Shown here: positions 39,640 to 53,630 of the stretch, in pieces
Layout: each line of letters begins with the position of its first letter
Position numbering within the stretch: the first letter of the stretch is position 1
Assembly: GCF_963921235.1 (NCBI RefSeq)
Contig: NC_086107.1
Location: forward strand, 107,014,001 to 107,078,000
Length of the DNA: 64,000 nucleotides
Source: Mobula hypostoma
Lineage: Eukaryota
Direction: 5' to 3'
Translations under genes and position numbers: made by a program
Notes under the pieces: generated by a model
Told to the model about the DNA's origin: nothing
Databases searched by the model: none
The model's input: only the letters and a program-made list of their open reading frames with translations

Positions 39640-39890
39640 GTATGTAAAGGTTGTAAAAAGCTCCCAAAGATGGTAAACTCAGCAAGCTCCATCATGGGCA
39701 CACGCCTCCCCAACATCGAGGATGTCTTCAAAAGGTGACGCCTCAAAAAGGCAGCATCCACCTTTAAGGACTCCCGCCACCCAGGCCATGCTCTCTTCTC
39801 ATTACTACCATCAGGGAGGAGGTAACAAAGCCTGAAGATGTGCGTTTAATGTTTTAGGAACAGCTTCTTCTCCTTCACCATCAGATTTTA
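39640..39890 (+). mobile_element. Rex1-type 3' fragment
   Basis: KKL.KMVNSASSIMGT.LP.IEDVFK, HPGHAL. Confidence 0.75.
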
Positions 39891-40529
39891 AAGTTCAAAG
39901 TCCAAAGTAAATTTATTATCCAAGTATGGATATATCACCATCTTCTACCCTGAGATTCATTTTCTTGTGGGCATTCACAGTAGAACAAAGACATACAATA
40001 GAATCAATGAAAATCTACACAGAGACGGACAAACAACCAACGTACAAAAGAAAACAAACAGCGCAGATACAAAAAATTCTGAACAATTCATGAACCTCAC
40101 TATTTTTGTTCTCTTTTTGCACTATTTGTTGATTTTATCTATAAATATTTCTTATTGTAATTTATAGTGGCTCCTTTGGGTTGTCACAGCTGGGCCGAGG
40201 GGCGGTGGTGGTAGTGGAGGTAACCCACTACCCACTAAATGCTCGTCCATCATGGTTGGCAGCTCATCTAGGAGAAGGAAAACTCTGATCTCAAACCTTT
40301 GCCGCCTTGCGGCTGCACCCGCTCATGGGGAAGGGTGTGGGAGCAAACTCCGAGGGAAGGTTCAGAGCTGGAGTCCCTAATGCAGTCCTACATTGAGTTC
40401 AACACTGACTGGCAACTCTTGTGACACCACTGTGTCGGTCTCTGCCGTTCCTTTGGATTCACCAGCTGTGTGGAGCGGGGGAGCCTGTTCCATGGGCAGC
40501 AGCTTGCTTTCCTTATCATACTGCCCTGG

Positions 40530-42000
40530 CCAAGCAAGGCTGCAGGACCGGATGGTGTCAGTACCAGGGTGCTCAAAGCCTGTGCCCCTCAGCTATGTGG
40601 AGTACTTCACCATGTCTTCAACCTGAGCCTGAGGCTCCGGAGGGTTCCTGTGCTGTGGATGATGTCCTGCCTCGTCCCTGTGCTGAAGACGCCGCGCCCC
40701 AGCGGCCTCAATGACTACAGACCGGTGGCATTGACCTCCCACATCATGAAGACCCTGGAGAGACTTGTTCTGGAGCTGCTCTGGCCTATGGTTAGGCCAC
40801 ACTTAGATCCCCTCCAGTTCGCCTACCAGCCCTGACTAGGAGTTGAGGATGCCATCGTTTACCTGCTGAACTGTGTCTACGCCCACCTGGACAAGCCAGC
40901 GAGCACTGTGAGGGTCATGTTTTTTGACTTCTCCAGTGCGTTCAACACCATCCGCTCTGCTGGGGGAGAAGCTGACAGTGATGCAGGTGGATGCTCCCCT
41001 GGTATCATGGAATATTGATTACCTGACTGGCAGACCACAGTACGTGTGCTTGCAACACTATGTGTCCGACAGAGTGATCAGCAACATTGGGGCTCCACAG
41101 GGGACTGTCTTGTCTCCCTTTCTCTTCACCATGTACACCTCGGACTTCAACTACTGTACAGAGTCTTGTCATCTTCTGAAGTTTTCTGAAGACTCTACCA
41201 TAGTTGGATGATCAGCAAGGGAGATGAGGCTGAGTACAGGACTACGGTAGGAAACTTTGTCACATGGTGTGAGCAGAATTATCTTCAGCTTAATGTGAAG
41301 AAGACTAAGGAGCTGGTGGTGGACCTGAGGAGGCTAAGACACTGGTGACCTCTGTTTCCATCCAGGGGGTCAGTGTGGACATGGTGGAGGATTACAAATA
41401 CCTGGGGATAAGAATTGACAATAAACTGGACTAGTCAAAGAACACTGAGGCTGTCTACAAGAAGGGTCAGAGCCGTCTCTATTTCCTGAGGAGACTGAGA
41501 TCCTTTAACATCTGCCGGACGACGCTGAGGATGTTCTACGAGTCTGTGGTGGCCAATGCTATCATGTTTGCTGTTGTGTGCTGGGGCAGCAGGCTGAGGG
41601 TAGCAGACACCAACAGAATCAACAAACTCATTCGTAAGGCCAGTGATGTTGTGGGGATGGAACTGGACTCTCTCACGGTGGTGTCTGAAAAGAGGATGCT
41701 GTCTAAGTTGCATGCCATCTTGGTCAATGTCTCCCATCCACTACATAATGTACTGGATGGGCACAGGAGTACATTCAGCCAGAGACTCATTCCACCGAGA
41801 TGCAACACAGAGCATCATAGGAAGTCATTCCTGCTTGTGGCTATCAAACTTTACAACTCCTCCCTTGGAGGGTCAGACACCCTGAGCCAATAGGCTGGTC
41901 CTGGACATAATTTACATATTACTATTTAATTATTTATGGTGGAACTGTAATGAAAACCAATTTCCCTCGGGATCAATAAAGTATGACTATGACTATGACT
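40530..42000 (+). mobile_element. Rex1/Babar-type LINE, 5'-truncated RT (few disablements)
   Basis: KAAGPDG, NDYRPVALTS..MK.LE, DPLQFAY, GAPQGTVLSP.LF; (atgact)n tail. Confidence 0.93.
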
Positions 42001-42334
42001 ATATCTGATTTTCTACAAGAGGTCAACGTATATCTGACCTCCATATCTCCTGAATCCTTGCATGTCCCGAATCCTATGGACCTTTTGAAAGCTATCAGGA
42101 TTGTGGCTCTGAGGCGGTTTGGGAGATGGAATTCTAAATCTCCACACCTGGACCCACCTGGGAAACTGTTGAGGGGAGGCTCATTAACAGCAATTTTAAT
42201 TTTCATTTTAGTGGGGGGTCATTCATTCCTCCAGGAATTTCTTCCTACTGGAGCTGGGAATGGTTCATAATATTGTAAGCAGCGGCTATTTTCACTGTAG
42301 TTCCAAGTGGATCTCTCCCCAGTAGTGACATGCA

Positions 42335-43360
42335 ATACTTTATACTTTATACTTTATTGTCGCCAAACAATTAGTACTAGAACGTACAATCATCACAGCG
42401 ATATTTGATTCTGCGCTTCACACTCCCTGGATTACAAATATTAAATACTAAAAATATTAAAAATAGTTAAAATTAGTAAATATTAAAAATTTAAATTTTA
42501 AATCATAAATGGAAAATAGAAAATTGGGAAGTAAGGTAGTGCAAAACAACCGAGAGGCAGGTCCGGATATTTGGAAGGTACGGCCCAGATCCGGGTCAGG
42601 ATCCGTTCAGCGGTCTTATCACAGTTGGAAAGAAGCTGTTCCCAAATCTGGCCGTATGAGTCTTCAAACTCTTGAGCCTTTTCCCGGAGGGAAGAGGGAC
42701 GAAAAGTGTGTTGGCTGGGTGGGTCGCATCCTTGATTATCCTGGCAGCACTGCTCCGACAGCGTGCGGTGTAAAGTGAGTCCACGGACAGAAGATTGGTT
42801 TGTGTGATGTGCTGTGCCATGTTCACGATCTTCTGCAGCTTCTTTCGGTCTTGGACAGGACAACTTCCATACCAGGTTGTGATGCACCCCAGAAGAATGC
42901 TTTCTACAGTACATCTATAAAAATTAGTGAGGGTTTTGGGGGACAGGCCAAATTTCTTCAGTTTTCTCAGGAAGTAAAGGCGCTGGTGGGCCTTCTTGGC
43001 AGTGAACTCTGTTTGGTTGGACCAAGACAGGTCATTTGTGATATTGACCCCGAGGAACTTAAAGCTTTTGAACTGTTCCACTAGCGCACCAGCGATGTAA
43101 GTTGTGTCGTGCGGTTCGCTACTCCTTCTGAGGTCAACAACCAATTCCTTCGTCTTGCTGACGTTGAGGGATAGGTTATTGTCTTCGCACCATGCCACCA
43201 GGTTCTTAATTTCCTCTCTGTACTCAAACTCATTACTCCCCGAGATACGGCCTACAATTGTTGTGTCATCAGCAAACGTATATATTGAGTTTGATGGAAA
43301 CTTGGCTACATAATCATGGGTGTACAGTGAGTACAGCAGGGGGCTGAGTACACAGCCAAT
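42335..43360 (-). mobile_element. Rex1/Babar-type LINE 3' RT fragment, open frame
   Basis: ORF 42596..43480 GCVLSPLLYSLYTHD..FADDTTIVG..KTKEL..FKFLG. Confidence 0.93.
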
Positions 43361-44331
43361 ACAGTCAAGCAAGTTATGTGTTCCAAGGAAGAATACTTTC
43401 TCTGTAGTGCAGGGACAAGCCCACAAGACCGTAAGACATTGAAGCAGAATTAGCCATTTGACCCAACAAGTCTGCTCCACTATTTGATCACGGCTGATTT
43501 ATTTTTCTTTTTAACCCCATTCTCCTGCTTTCTCCCATAACCTTTGACACCCTTACTAACCAAGAACCTGTCTACCTCTGCTTTAAATATATAGAGTAAT
43601 TGGGCCACCACAGCCATCCATGGCAATGAGTTCCATAGATTCACCACCCTCTGGCAAAGAACTTCCTCCACATCTCTGTTGCAAAGGGACGCCCTTGTAT
43701 TCTGAGCCTCTGAATTCTGGTCCTAGACACTTCCACTATAGGAACTGTTCTCCCCATGTCTACTCTATCTAGGTCTTTCAATAATGGGATAGGCTCAAGC
43801 CCCCCACCTTGATGCCACACAAAGGTGAGTGGCGATTTTGGGTTGCTTGGTGGGGAAGAGTTATTAGGGACCAGAGAATATTTGGAAGTTTCAGAACTAA
43901 CGCCGACAAAGTGTGGTTGGGTAAGGGTCACGAACCAAGTGCAGCAGACTTAGTTAAAATTGAGGTCAGCCACGATGTTGTACGATGGAGCAGACTCGAA
44001 GGGCTGCTTGACCTCTCTCTGTCCCCATATTTTACATTATATTCGAATCACTGGATTCTATTATCTAACATGGCTAAGTCCTACACATTTCACAGTACCC
44101 CTTCCAATCAAATCCGGAGAATCCCAAATGGCCCAGTCCACTTTCATTAACACAATACCGATTGGCTACAGATGATCTAATGTGGGACTGATGTCAGAGC
44201 TATTCACTTCATGGCTGAACTGATATCTGGCATTCGCCATCAGGTTCAGGAATTATTTCCATCTACAAGCTACCTATCACTAATTAACTACGAGCATGGA
44301 TTAAACAAATCACCGGCCACCCTAAAGTAAA

Positions 44332-44631
44332 TCTCTCTCTCACTCACAGACATACCTCTCATACACACTCTCTAACTCTCATTCTCAATCTCTCTCTCAC
44401 TCACACACACCACACTGTCCGTCATTCTCACTCTCTCTCTCTGTCTCTCTCTCTCTCACACACACACACACCACTCAATCATTCTCTTTCTCTCCCTGTC
44501 TCTCTCTCCCTCTCAATTTCTCTCTCTCCCTCTCATGCACACACTATACTCTCTGTCATTCCCACTTTCCCTCTTCCTGTCTGTCTCTCTCTCTCACACG
44601 CACACCACACTCTCTCTCATTCCCACTCTTT

Positions 44632-44675
<44 letters not shown>

Positions 44676-45288
44676 ATACACACACACTATCTCTCACTCA
44701 TTCTCATTCTCAATCTCTATCTCTCTTTCTGTCACTCTCTCTCTGTTTCTGTCTCTCTATCTCTCTCTGCCTCTCTCTCTTTTAGTCTCTCTCCATATCT
44801 GTCTATGTCTCTCTCTTTTTCACTGTGCCTCTGTCTGTGTCTCTCTCTCTTTATTTATCTCTCTCTCTGTTCTCTCTCTCTGTGCCTCTTGCTGTATCTC
44901 TCCCTTTGTTTCTGTCTTTCTGTGTCTCTCCGAACCGTCTCTCTCTGTGTCTCCCTGTTCCTCTCTCTGCCTTTCTCTCTCTCTTTCCATCTTTCTCTGT
45001 ACCTTCCTCTCACACACAGACTCTCTCTCTCTCTCATTCTCACTCTTAACCTCTATGTTTCCTCTCCCTCTGTTGCTCTCTCTCTATCACTCTCTCTCTG
45101 CCTCTCTCTCTTTTAGTCTCTCTCTCTGTACCTGTTTCTGTCTCTCTCTTTCTCTGTCTTGTCTGTTTCTGTCTCTTTCTCTCTGTGTGTCACTCGTTTC
45201 TCTCTGTTCCTCTCTCATCTCTCTCTGCTCTGTTTCTGTCTTTCTCTGCATCTCACTGAACTCTCTCTCTCTTTCTCTGTCTCTCTCT
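44332..45288. repeat. ~950-bp degenerate (CT)n polypyrimidine tract
   Basis: Direct inspection; the S/L- and R/E-rich ORFs here are artefacts. Confidence 0.97.
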
Positions 45289-46175
45289 GATGTTACTTCG
45301 CTACTAATAAAAAAAATCAGGATATATCAGCTGACTGTCAATTTGCAAATCTATAAAAACAGCTTCTTCTGAAGAGGATCTGTAGTGTAAACATCAGAAA
45401 ATGAGCGCAAGACCGTCAGAAAATTTGCATATGCATGAGGGATACATTCCTTGCATATCTGCGTTGGTGCAGAAGAAAGTTGTATTCATGGAGAGGGTTA
45501 CTGGTTTCAAATTGGCCACTGTTTTCATCTCACCATCTCCTACCATCAGGTGAGAGCAGGTGTATCCGTACTGGGGGACACTGGAATGATCCAAGATGTG
45601 TGGAAGTCAGAGTTCAGGAAGGAAGGTGCCAGAAGGGACATCCTCTGTGGGTGAGTGGTGGATGAGAGCGCTAGGCGCCTTGGGGGAAGATTGGTTGCCA
45701 GGGATGAGCGATGGGGTTGGACGTGTAATTTACAGTGGCGGAACGCACACAAAATTCTGGGGATCTCAGCAAGTCAGGCAGCATCTATTGAGGGGAATAT
45801 ATAGTCAACATTTTGATTCAGACCCAAAACATGAACTGTTTATTCCTCTCAATAGATGCTGCCTGCCTTACTGCATTCCTCCAGCATTTTGTGTGTGTGT
45901 GTGTGTGTTGCTCAAGATCTGCAGGAAAAGGGGAAGGGAGAGGAGAGGGAGCGGGAAGCACCAGAGAGGCATTCTGTAATAATCAGTAAACCAATTGTTT
46001 AGAATCAAGTCAGCTTGCCTAGTGTCTCAGGGCTGGGTGTGTCTGCACCCCCAGCCCTGGCGTTCCTTCTCTGCCACCTGTCCCACACCCCTCCCGTGTG
46101 TTCCATCCTCGCCATTCCCAACAGCCTCCGCTCACTCCGGATTTACAAACTTGCTCTCCGCTCCAAGTTGACCAG

Positions 46176-46245
46176 TATAGTACTGTGCAAACGTCTTAGG
46201 CACCTAGCTATATATGTATACCTAAGACCTTTGCAGAGTACTGTA
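46176..46245. mobile_element. ~70-bp Tc1-like palindromic MITE (second copy at ~61450-61520)
   Basis: ta-tagtactgtgcaaacgtcttagg ... cctaagacctttgcagagtactg-ta. Confidence 0.7.
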
Positions 46246-47304
46246 TGTTCGGCAGATTTTTAAACAACAATTCCAGTGGCTTATTTTGTGGGTTATCATG
46301 AAGATCATAAAACATAGGAGCAGAATTAGGCCATTCACCCCAATGAGTCTGCTCCACCGTTCCATCAAGGCTGATTTATTATCTCTCTCAAATAACACCA
46401 TAAGACATAGGAGAAGAATTAACAGTAAAATGCTGGAAATGCACAGCAGGTTGGGCAGCATCTGTGGAGAGAGAAACTGGGGGAACCTTCATCAGAACAG
46501 GGAAAAGTTAGAGGTAAAGGAAAATTAGCATTGCAAGTCCATGTTCTTTTGAAAGATCGTTGATGTGGAATGTTAACATTCTCTCTCCACAGATGCTGCT
46601 TAACCTGCTGAGTATCACTAGAATTTTCTATTTTTATTTACTAGCATTTGCAGTTCTTTTTCAACCCGCTGAGTATTTGTGGCATTTTCTGCCTTTTTGA
46701 ATAAGGTTAGGTCTGGATTCTTTAAGGATTAGATGAAATTGCATTGAAACTTATAAAATTCTAGCAGGACTCAACTGTTTTGTTGCAGAGAGGATGTTTT
46801 CTTTGGATCAGTCTCAAACCAAATGTCATGGAACAAAGTGCAGGCCCTTTAGGATTGGGATGAGGAGACATTTCTCCATTCACAGTGGAGAAGATGGATG
46901 CTGCAACCTTTGGAATTCCCCAATGGTTGAAGCTTTGGGGGTTCAGTCATTGAGTTATATGTGACCTCAGGAACTGCTGGAGGAACTCAGCATCTGCTGA
47001 GGGGAAAGGAACTGTCAATGCTTTGGGCTGAGACCCTCTTTCAGGACACCTTCCCCCACCTGCCCCCCCACCCCAGCCTGCAGATGCAGCTCAACTTGCT
47101 GAGTTCCTCTAACAGTTTGCATTTTTTTGCTCCAGATTCCAGCTCCTGTGTTCCCTTGTGTATATTGAGAGAATCAGCTGGCAGACCAGCCGCCTCACAA
47201 CTCCAGTGACCTGAGTTCAGTCCTGACCTCTGTCGCAGTCCATGTGAAGTCTACACGTTCTCCACGTGACTGTGTGGACTTGCTCTGGGTGCTTTGGCCG
47301 TGAC

Positions 47305-48280
47305 TATAAGACATAGGAGCAGAAATGGACCATTCAGCCCATCAAGTCTGCTCTGTCATCCGATCATGACTGATTTATTATCCCTCTCAACCACCTTCTC
47401 CTATCTTTTCTCCAGAAGCTTTGACACCCTGACTAATCAAGAATCTATCTACCTCCACTTTAAATGTACCCAATGACCTGGCCCCCACAGCTGCTTGTGG
47501 CAATGAATGCCACAGATTCCCCATCCTTTCGCTGAGGAAATTTCCTTCTCATCTCCATCCTAAATGGACGTCCCTCTATTCTGAGGTTGTACCCTCTGGT
47601 GCTAGACTCCCCCATTATAGAAAACATCCCCTCCACATCCATTCTGTCAATGCTTTTCAACATTTGATAGGTTGTAATGAGATTCCCCCCTCATTCTTCT
47701 AATCTCCAGCGAGTATAGGCCCAGAGCCATCAAACGCTCCTCCACACAGAGAGTGGTGGGTGTGTAGAATGCACTGCCGGCGACAGTGGTGCAGGCAGAT
47801 ACAATAGGGTCTTTTAAGAGACTCTTATATAGGTACACGGAGCTCAGAAAATAGAGGGTGATGCGGTAGGGAAATTCTAGGCAGTTTCTAGAGTAGGTTA
47901 GATGGTCAGCACATCATTGTGGGCTGAAGGGCCTGTAATGTGCTGTAGATTTCTATGTTCTATGATAATTCTTTCATTCTGGGGATCATTTTTGTGAACC
48001 TCCTTTGAATCCTCTTCAATGTCAGCACATCTTTTCTTAGATAAGGGGCTCAAAACTGCTCACAATACTCCAAGTGAGGCCTCACTAGTGCCCTATGAAG
48101 CCCTGACATTACATCCTTGCTTTTATATTCTAGTCCTCTCAAAATGAATGCTAACATTGCATTCGCCTTCCTCACCATCGACTCAACCTGCAAGTTAACC
48201 TTTAGGGAATCCAGCGCGAAGACTCCCAAGTCCATTTGCATCTCGGATTTTTGTATTTTTTCTCCCCATTTAGAAAATTG
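47305..48280 (-). mobile_element. CR1 fragment containing an opposite-strand CR1 3' end (~47743-47962)
   Basis: ORFs 47460..47663 and 48050..48298; the insert matches the 2450-2670 subfamily. Confidence 0.85.
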
Positions 48281-48327
48281 ACCTGGCATCAATTGCAATT
48301 TGTACAGGAGAATCTCAAGTTTTGTCT

Positions 48328-48990
48328 CTTTTACTTTTACTTTACTTTATTGTCGTCAAACGATTGATACTAGAGTGTGCAATCATCACAACGATATTTG
48401 ATTCTGCGCTTCGCGCTCCCTGGAGTACAAATCAATAGTAAATAGTAAAAAGTTAAATTATAAATCATAAATAGAAAATAGAAAAGGGAAAGTAAGGTAG
48501 TGCAAAAAACCGAAAGGCAGGTCCGGATATTTGGAGGGTACGGTCCAGATCCGGGTCAGGATCCATACAGCAGTCTTATCACAGTTGGAAAGAAGCTGTT
48601 CCCAAATCTGGCCGTACGAGTCTTCAGGCTCCTGAGCCTTCTCCCGGAGGGAAGAGGGACGAAAAGTGTGTTGGCTGGGTGGGTCGTGTCCTTGATTATC
48701 CTGGCAGCACTGCTCCGACAGCGTGCGGTGTAAAGTGAGTCCAAGGATGGAAGATTGGTTTGTGTGATGTGCTGGGCTGTGTTCACGATCTTCTGCAGCT
48801 TCTTCCGGTCTTGGACAGGACAACTTCCATACCAGGTTGTGATGCACCCTAGAAGAATACTTTCTACGGTGCGTCGATAAAAATTAGTGAGGGATTTAGG
48901 GGACAGGCCAAATTTCTTTAGCTTTCTCAGGAAGTAAAGGTGCTGGTGGGCCTTCTTGGCAGTGAACTCTGCTTGGTTGGACCAAGTCAG
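48328..48990 (-). mobile_element. Rex1-type 3' fragment, same young subfamily as 42335-43360
   Basis: ORF 48556..49005 near-identical to the C-terminus of 42596..43480; (tttac)n tail. Confidence 0.92.
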
Positions 48991-49499
48991 AGTCTTGTGT
49001 GCCACTGAAAGCCTTGGTTTTAATATTTAAACTGCAGCTATAGCCCAAGTCCCCTCTGCAGTGCTGAAGACCCCACCTGTCATAAATATCTTATTGATAT
49101 AGAGATGGACATCAGAGATCTCACAGTTCTGTCATATCCATTGAATGGTGGAGGGTCCATGAATATCGTCTCCCTCAGGAGGTGAGTTCTGTACAAAGGC
49201 TGAAGCTTTTGCAACCATATTCAGGCAGAAGGGCTGAACAGATGATTCATCCAGACTTCCTCCTGAGATCTCCACCATCACAGAAGCCAGCCTCCAGCCA
49301 ATTTGTTTCGCTCCACGCGACATCAAGAAGTGGCTGAGGGCACCGAATACAGTAAACATACAGGACAAGGCAGCATCAGATGTACAATCTAGAACTGGCT
49401 GCACTTTGAGCTGAGCTGTTCAGTACTGGACTTCCACAATGTGAAAAATCACCTTGGCTTATCCTGTCCAAAACCCAGGACCAATCCAATCAGTCACTT

Positions 49500-49626
49500 T
49501 CAATTCAAAATTGAAATCAGAATCAGAATCAGACTCAGAATCAATTTCAGATTCAGAATCAAATTCAGAACCAGAATCAGAATCAGAGTCCGTTTCAGTA
49601 TCAGAATTGAATTAAAATCAGAATCC
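49500..49626. repeat. Degenerate (atcaga)n repeat
   Basis: Direct inspection; probably an expanded LINE tail. Confidence 0.8.
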
Positions 49627-50389
49627 GACAGAGGTATACAAAGTTGTAAGGAACATGAAGTGGAACTTGTCACTCAGTGAGAATGAACTGTCAGCTCAAG
49701 AGGTGGATACGACCTTGACTTCAATGTTCAAGAGAAGTTTGGATAGGTACGTGGATGGGAAGGGTATGGAGGGCTCTGGTCTGGGAGTGGGTTGATGGCA
49801 CCAGGCAGTTTAAATAGTTCACCATGGACTGGATGAACCAAAGGGCCTGTTTCTGTACTGTAGTTTTCAATGACTCTGTGACTCTCATCAGAATCATATG
49901 TCATGAAATTTGATGTTTTTGTGGCAGCAGTACAGTGCAAGATATAAAAAATACTATAAATTACAATAATATAAATAAATTGTGCAAAAGAGAAATGACA
50001 AATTAGTGTTCATGTGATCATAGTCCATTCAGAAATCTGATGGTGGAAGGGAAGAAGCTGTTCCTAAAATGTTGAGTGTGTGTCTTCAGGCTCCGATACC
50101 TCCTCCTTGATGGCAGTAATGAGAAGAGGGCATTCCTGGGTGGAGAGGGTCTTTAGTAATGGATGCTTCCTTCCTGAGGCACCACTTGAAGATGTCCTTG
50201 ATGTCGGGGAGGGTTGTGCCTCTGATGGAGCTGGCAGTGTTTACATCCCTCATACATGAGCGAAGTGCTGTACACGATTGTTGACGTTGTTATCAAACGG
50301 CACCCACTCACTAGTAGCCTAACCACTAATGGCCAGTTCTGCTTTCGCCAGGACTCTTTCCAGATATCATCGGAGGCTTTTACATTCTA

Positions 50390-51215
50390 TATCTACAGGA
50401 GCGAAATAGATCAACTGGTTGAGTTGTGTCACCGTGACAATTTTGCATTCAACATCAGTGAGACCAAGGAATTGATTGTGGACTTCAGGAAAGTCAAAGG
50501 AAAACACACCAATCTTCACTGAGGGATCAGAAGTGGAAAATGGTGAGCAGTTTCAAGTTCCTGGGTCTCATCACCTCTGAGGGCCTATCCTGATCCCAAC
50601 ACATTGATATTATTACAAAGGAGACATGGCAATGGCTATATTTCATGAGGAGTTTGGGGAGATTTAGCGTGTCACCCAAGAACCTCACAGGTTTCTACAG
50701 ATGTACCATGGAGAGCATTCTGACTGGTTCCATCACCGTCTGGTATGGGCGGCGGGTGGTGGGTGCGTGGCAGAGGACTGGAAAAAGCTGCAGGAAGTTG
50801 TAAACTCAGTCAGCTCCATCAGGGGCAATAGCCTCCCCAGCATCGAGGACACTTTCAAAAGACAATGCCTCAAAAAGGCAGCATCCATCATTAAGGACCC
50901 CCAGGACATGCCTTGTTTTCATTGCTACCATCAGGAAGGAGGTACAGGAGCCTGAAGACACACACTCAGTGATTCAGGAACATCTTCTTCTCCTCTGCCA
51001 TCAGATTCCTAAATGGACAATGAACCTCTGAACACTGCCTCATTACTTTTCCCCCTCTCTTTTCACACTACTTACTTAATTTAAATCTTTTTTATATACA
51101 GTGTGTATATATATATATCTAATTTACCATACTTATTACTATGTATTGCATTGTGCTTCTGCCGCAAAACAACAAATTTCATGACCTACGCCAGTGATAC
51201 TAAACCTGATTCTGA
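50390..51215 (+). mobile_element. Rex1-type 3' fragment (degenerate)
   Basis: NISETKELIVDFRK, FKFLG, KKAASIIKDP. Confidence 0.85.
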
Positions 51216-51419
51216 TATGTTGCATGTTGTTAAACACATTGCCCAAGTTATTGTATGTTGTTTGCAGTGGAGGGTTGGTGGGTGCAGCATGACGATTCCC
51301 TGTGGGTTCTCTGCGTATGCTCCTTGCTGTCTGACTGCGTCTTGGACTTTGAGGTCTGCTGGTGAAATACACTTCAAGCGAATCGTTCCTTCTACAGGCA
51401 GGATCAGCAGGATTCATGA

Positions 51420-51880
51420 TGACGACAGGGCCCTTTCCAAGTAGCTTGTGGTTTTCCGGTAACTGACGATGGTCTTGGCAAGCCCTCCCAGAGATGCTGC
51501 TCCCAGATCCTGGGTTAATGAATTGCTTTGTGGACACACAATGCAAAGGGAGACTCAGGAGGAAATGGCTGACTGTCTTTTCTCGGTTGCTTCCCAATGA
51601 GGGCAGATCAAGGTGGGACTGAGGTATGGAGTGTGTTGAAAGATGTGAGAAGGGAGAGCCTTTCTCAACAAGTCCCAGTGCCTGTCCATCAGGTCCTATG
51701 CCAAGATATTTCACCAAAGCTTACTGGCAGGCTGGCTGGTGAAGGTCTACTGGAGCCGTCTCTCCCCTCAGAAACTCCGAGCTTGTTCAAGGTCGACCAG
51801 AGTCCGAAGGGATTCCAACAAGCAGTGATGAGAGGATGGAGTCCAGCTTGATAGAGCTTCCAACGCTGGATTACCAAGTT
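51420..51880 (-). mobile_element. Possible old Tx1/L1-type ORF2 C-terminal remnant
   Basis: Frameshifted remnant resembling ...KALP...ICP..G.NREKTVSHFLL..PF, similar to the CCHC knuckle region. Confidence 0.4.
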
Positions 51881-52094
51881 CTGTCTTCACAGAGTGGGTG
51901 AGAAGCAAAACCATTGTGCATAGTAGCACTTAGAGAAAATGCTTAAACTCTACAAACACCCACAGATGCTGCTTAACCCAATGAGTTCTTCCAGTAGATT
52001 CTTCATTGCTCTGGATGGCAACATCTTGTGTCCCCAGCAGCACAATGTCTCAGCGTGTAAATCACACATCCTCGACAAGGACAATGGCATCCAT

Positions 52095-52605
52095 AAGACC
52101 ATAAGACATTAGGACATTCAGTCTATCTCAACTGCTCCACCATTCCATCTTGGCTGATTTATTATCCCTCTCAACCCCATTCTCCTGCCTTCTCCCCATA
52201 ATATTTGATGCCCCTACTAATCTATCAACCTCCGTTTTTAAGTGTACCCAATGACTCAACCTCCACAACTGCCTGTGGCAATAATTTCTATAGATTCACC
52301 ACCCTCTGGCTAAAGAAATTCTTCATCATCTCTGTTCTGAAGGGGCTTCCTTCTGTTCTGAGGCTGTGCCCTCTGGTCCTAGATGCCCCCAACTCTAGGA
52401 ACATCCTCTCCACAACAACTCTATCCAGGCCTTTGAGTATTCAATAAGTTTTTGAAGAGATTCTCCCTCACCCATACTTCTAAACTCTAGCGAGAACAGG
52501 CCAACAAATGCTCCTCGTACGTTAACCCTTTCATTCCCATGATAATTCTCGTGAAACTCCTCTGGACCCTCTCCAACGCCAGGACATCCTTTCTTAGATA
52601 AGGTC
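52095..52605 (-). mobile_element. CR1 3' fragment
   Basis: Antisense CR1 C-terminus with cataagac tail. Confidence 0.85.
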
Positions 52606-53055
52606 CATTTCCGGACCTCACTCAACCTATGAAGAGGTGGACGACCATCTCACCCGCATCACCACCACCATGAGGGAAGCAGGCATACGCCCTGCTAACA
52701 TGTCTCAACATTGGACCCTTCTATCCAAGAACAGCCCTGGGGTCAGTGTGGGTCAGCAACCAGGAAACACTGGTGATACGTTTGCTTTGACTGTAATCAC
52801 AGCATCTCCCTCTCTGCATTAGTTGTTGCTCCTTGCATGGGATGGCAACCTTGCCATTTCTCTAGCATTTTGTCTGTTTTTTTAATGAGGCCGAGTTGCT
52901 AGTTCGACGTGAAACATGCCTGGGACCATTCGCCTCGGAGTCCGGTGCTCATGCCAGTACACTGCCGGCTGGCCTCTCTGCATTACTGTTGACTCATGAC
53001 TAGACTACTAATTGCCAGCCAGTGGTCACGTTGCATTTTCTGCTCCCTTATCTTT

Positions 53056-53059
<4 letters not shown>

Positions 53060-53103
<44 letters not shown>
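53060..53103. repeat. (GA)n microsatellite
   Basis: Pure ag repeat. Confidence 0.98.
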
Positions 53104-53105
<2 letters not shown>

Positions 53106-53204
53106 TGCACATGGAATTTATTGTTGTTTTGTGTTATTCGTTTGTGACTCATACCCTTGCTCAACCTGCTCCCCACATACATACCTTACGATACTGCTGC
53201 TGCA

Positions 53205-53630
53205 CTGGTTGGTGGGGTGGCGATATGCCTCTACCAAAGGAGGTGTAAGGTGCGCCTTCCCTCCGCTGGCCTGCAGGTCACCCTTGGGCAAGGTGTAGCA
53301 CCTGCTTAGCCCCCTGTTCAGGGTCCGGTGAAGCCAAGGGGGCAGGTGGTGGATGGTCGTATGAGCAGCTGGTGCAGATCACAGGTCCTGGTTATGCGAT
53401 CTCCAAGGCCAGGTAGACAACCTCTGAAGAGCACTGATAATGGCTGGGGTCACCTGTCTTGCAGAGAAAGGCAATGGCAAACCGCTTCTGTAGAAACATT
53501 TGCCAAGAAAAATCATGGTCATTTTGTCCATCATACGATAAGGCACATAATGATGATGTCATATGACATGGCACATATGACATAGCACATATGACGACAT
53601 CATATGACGTGGCACATACGGTGATGATGA
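53205..53630 (+). mobile_element. RTE-related short element (family A) with locally amplified tail
   Basis: Family head and tail; repeated catatgac/ggcacata at the 3' end. Confidence 0.65.

Noticed and set aside
44535..45372. Long Ser/Leu- and Arg/Glu-rich ORFs
   Set aside because: Translations of the CT microsatellite.
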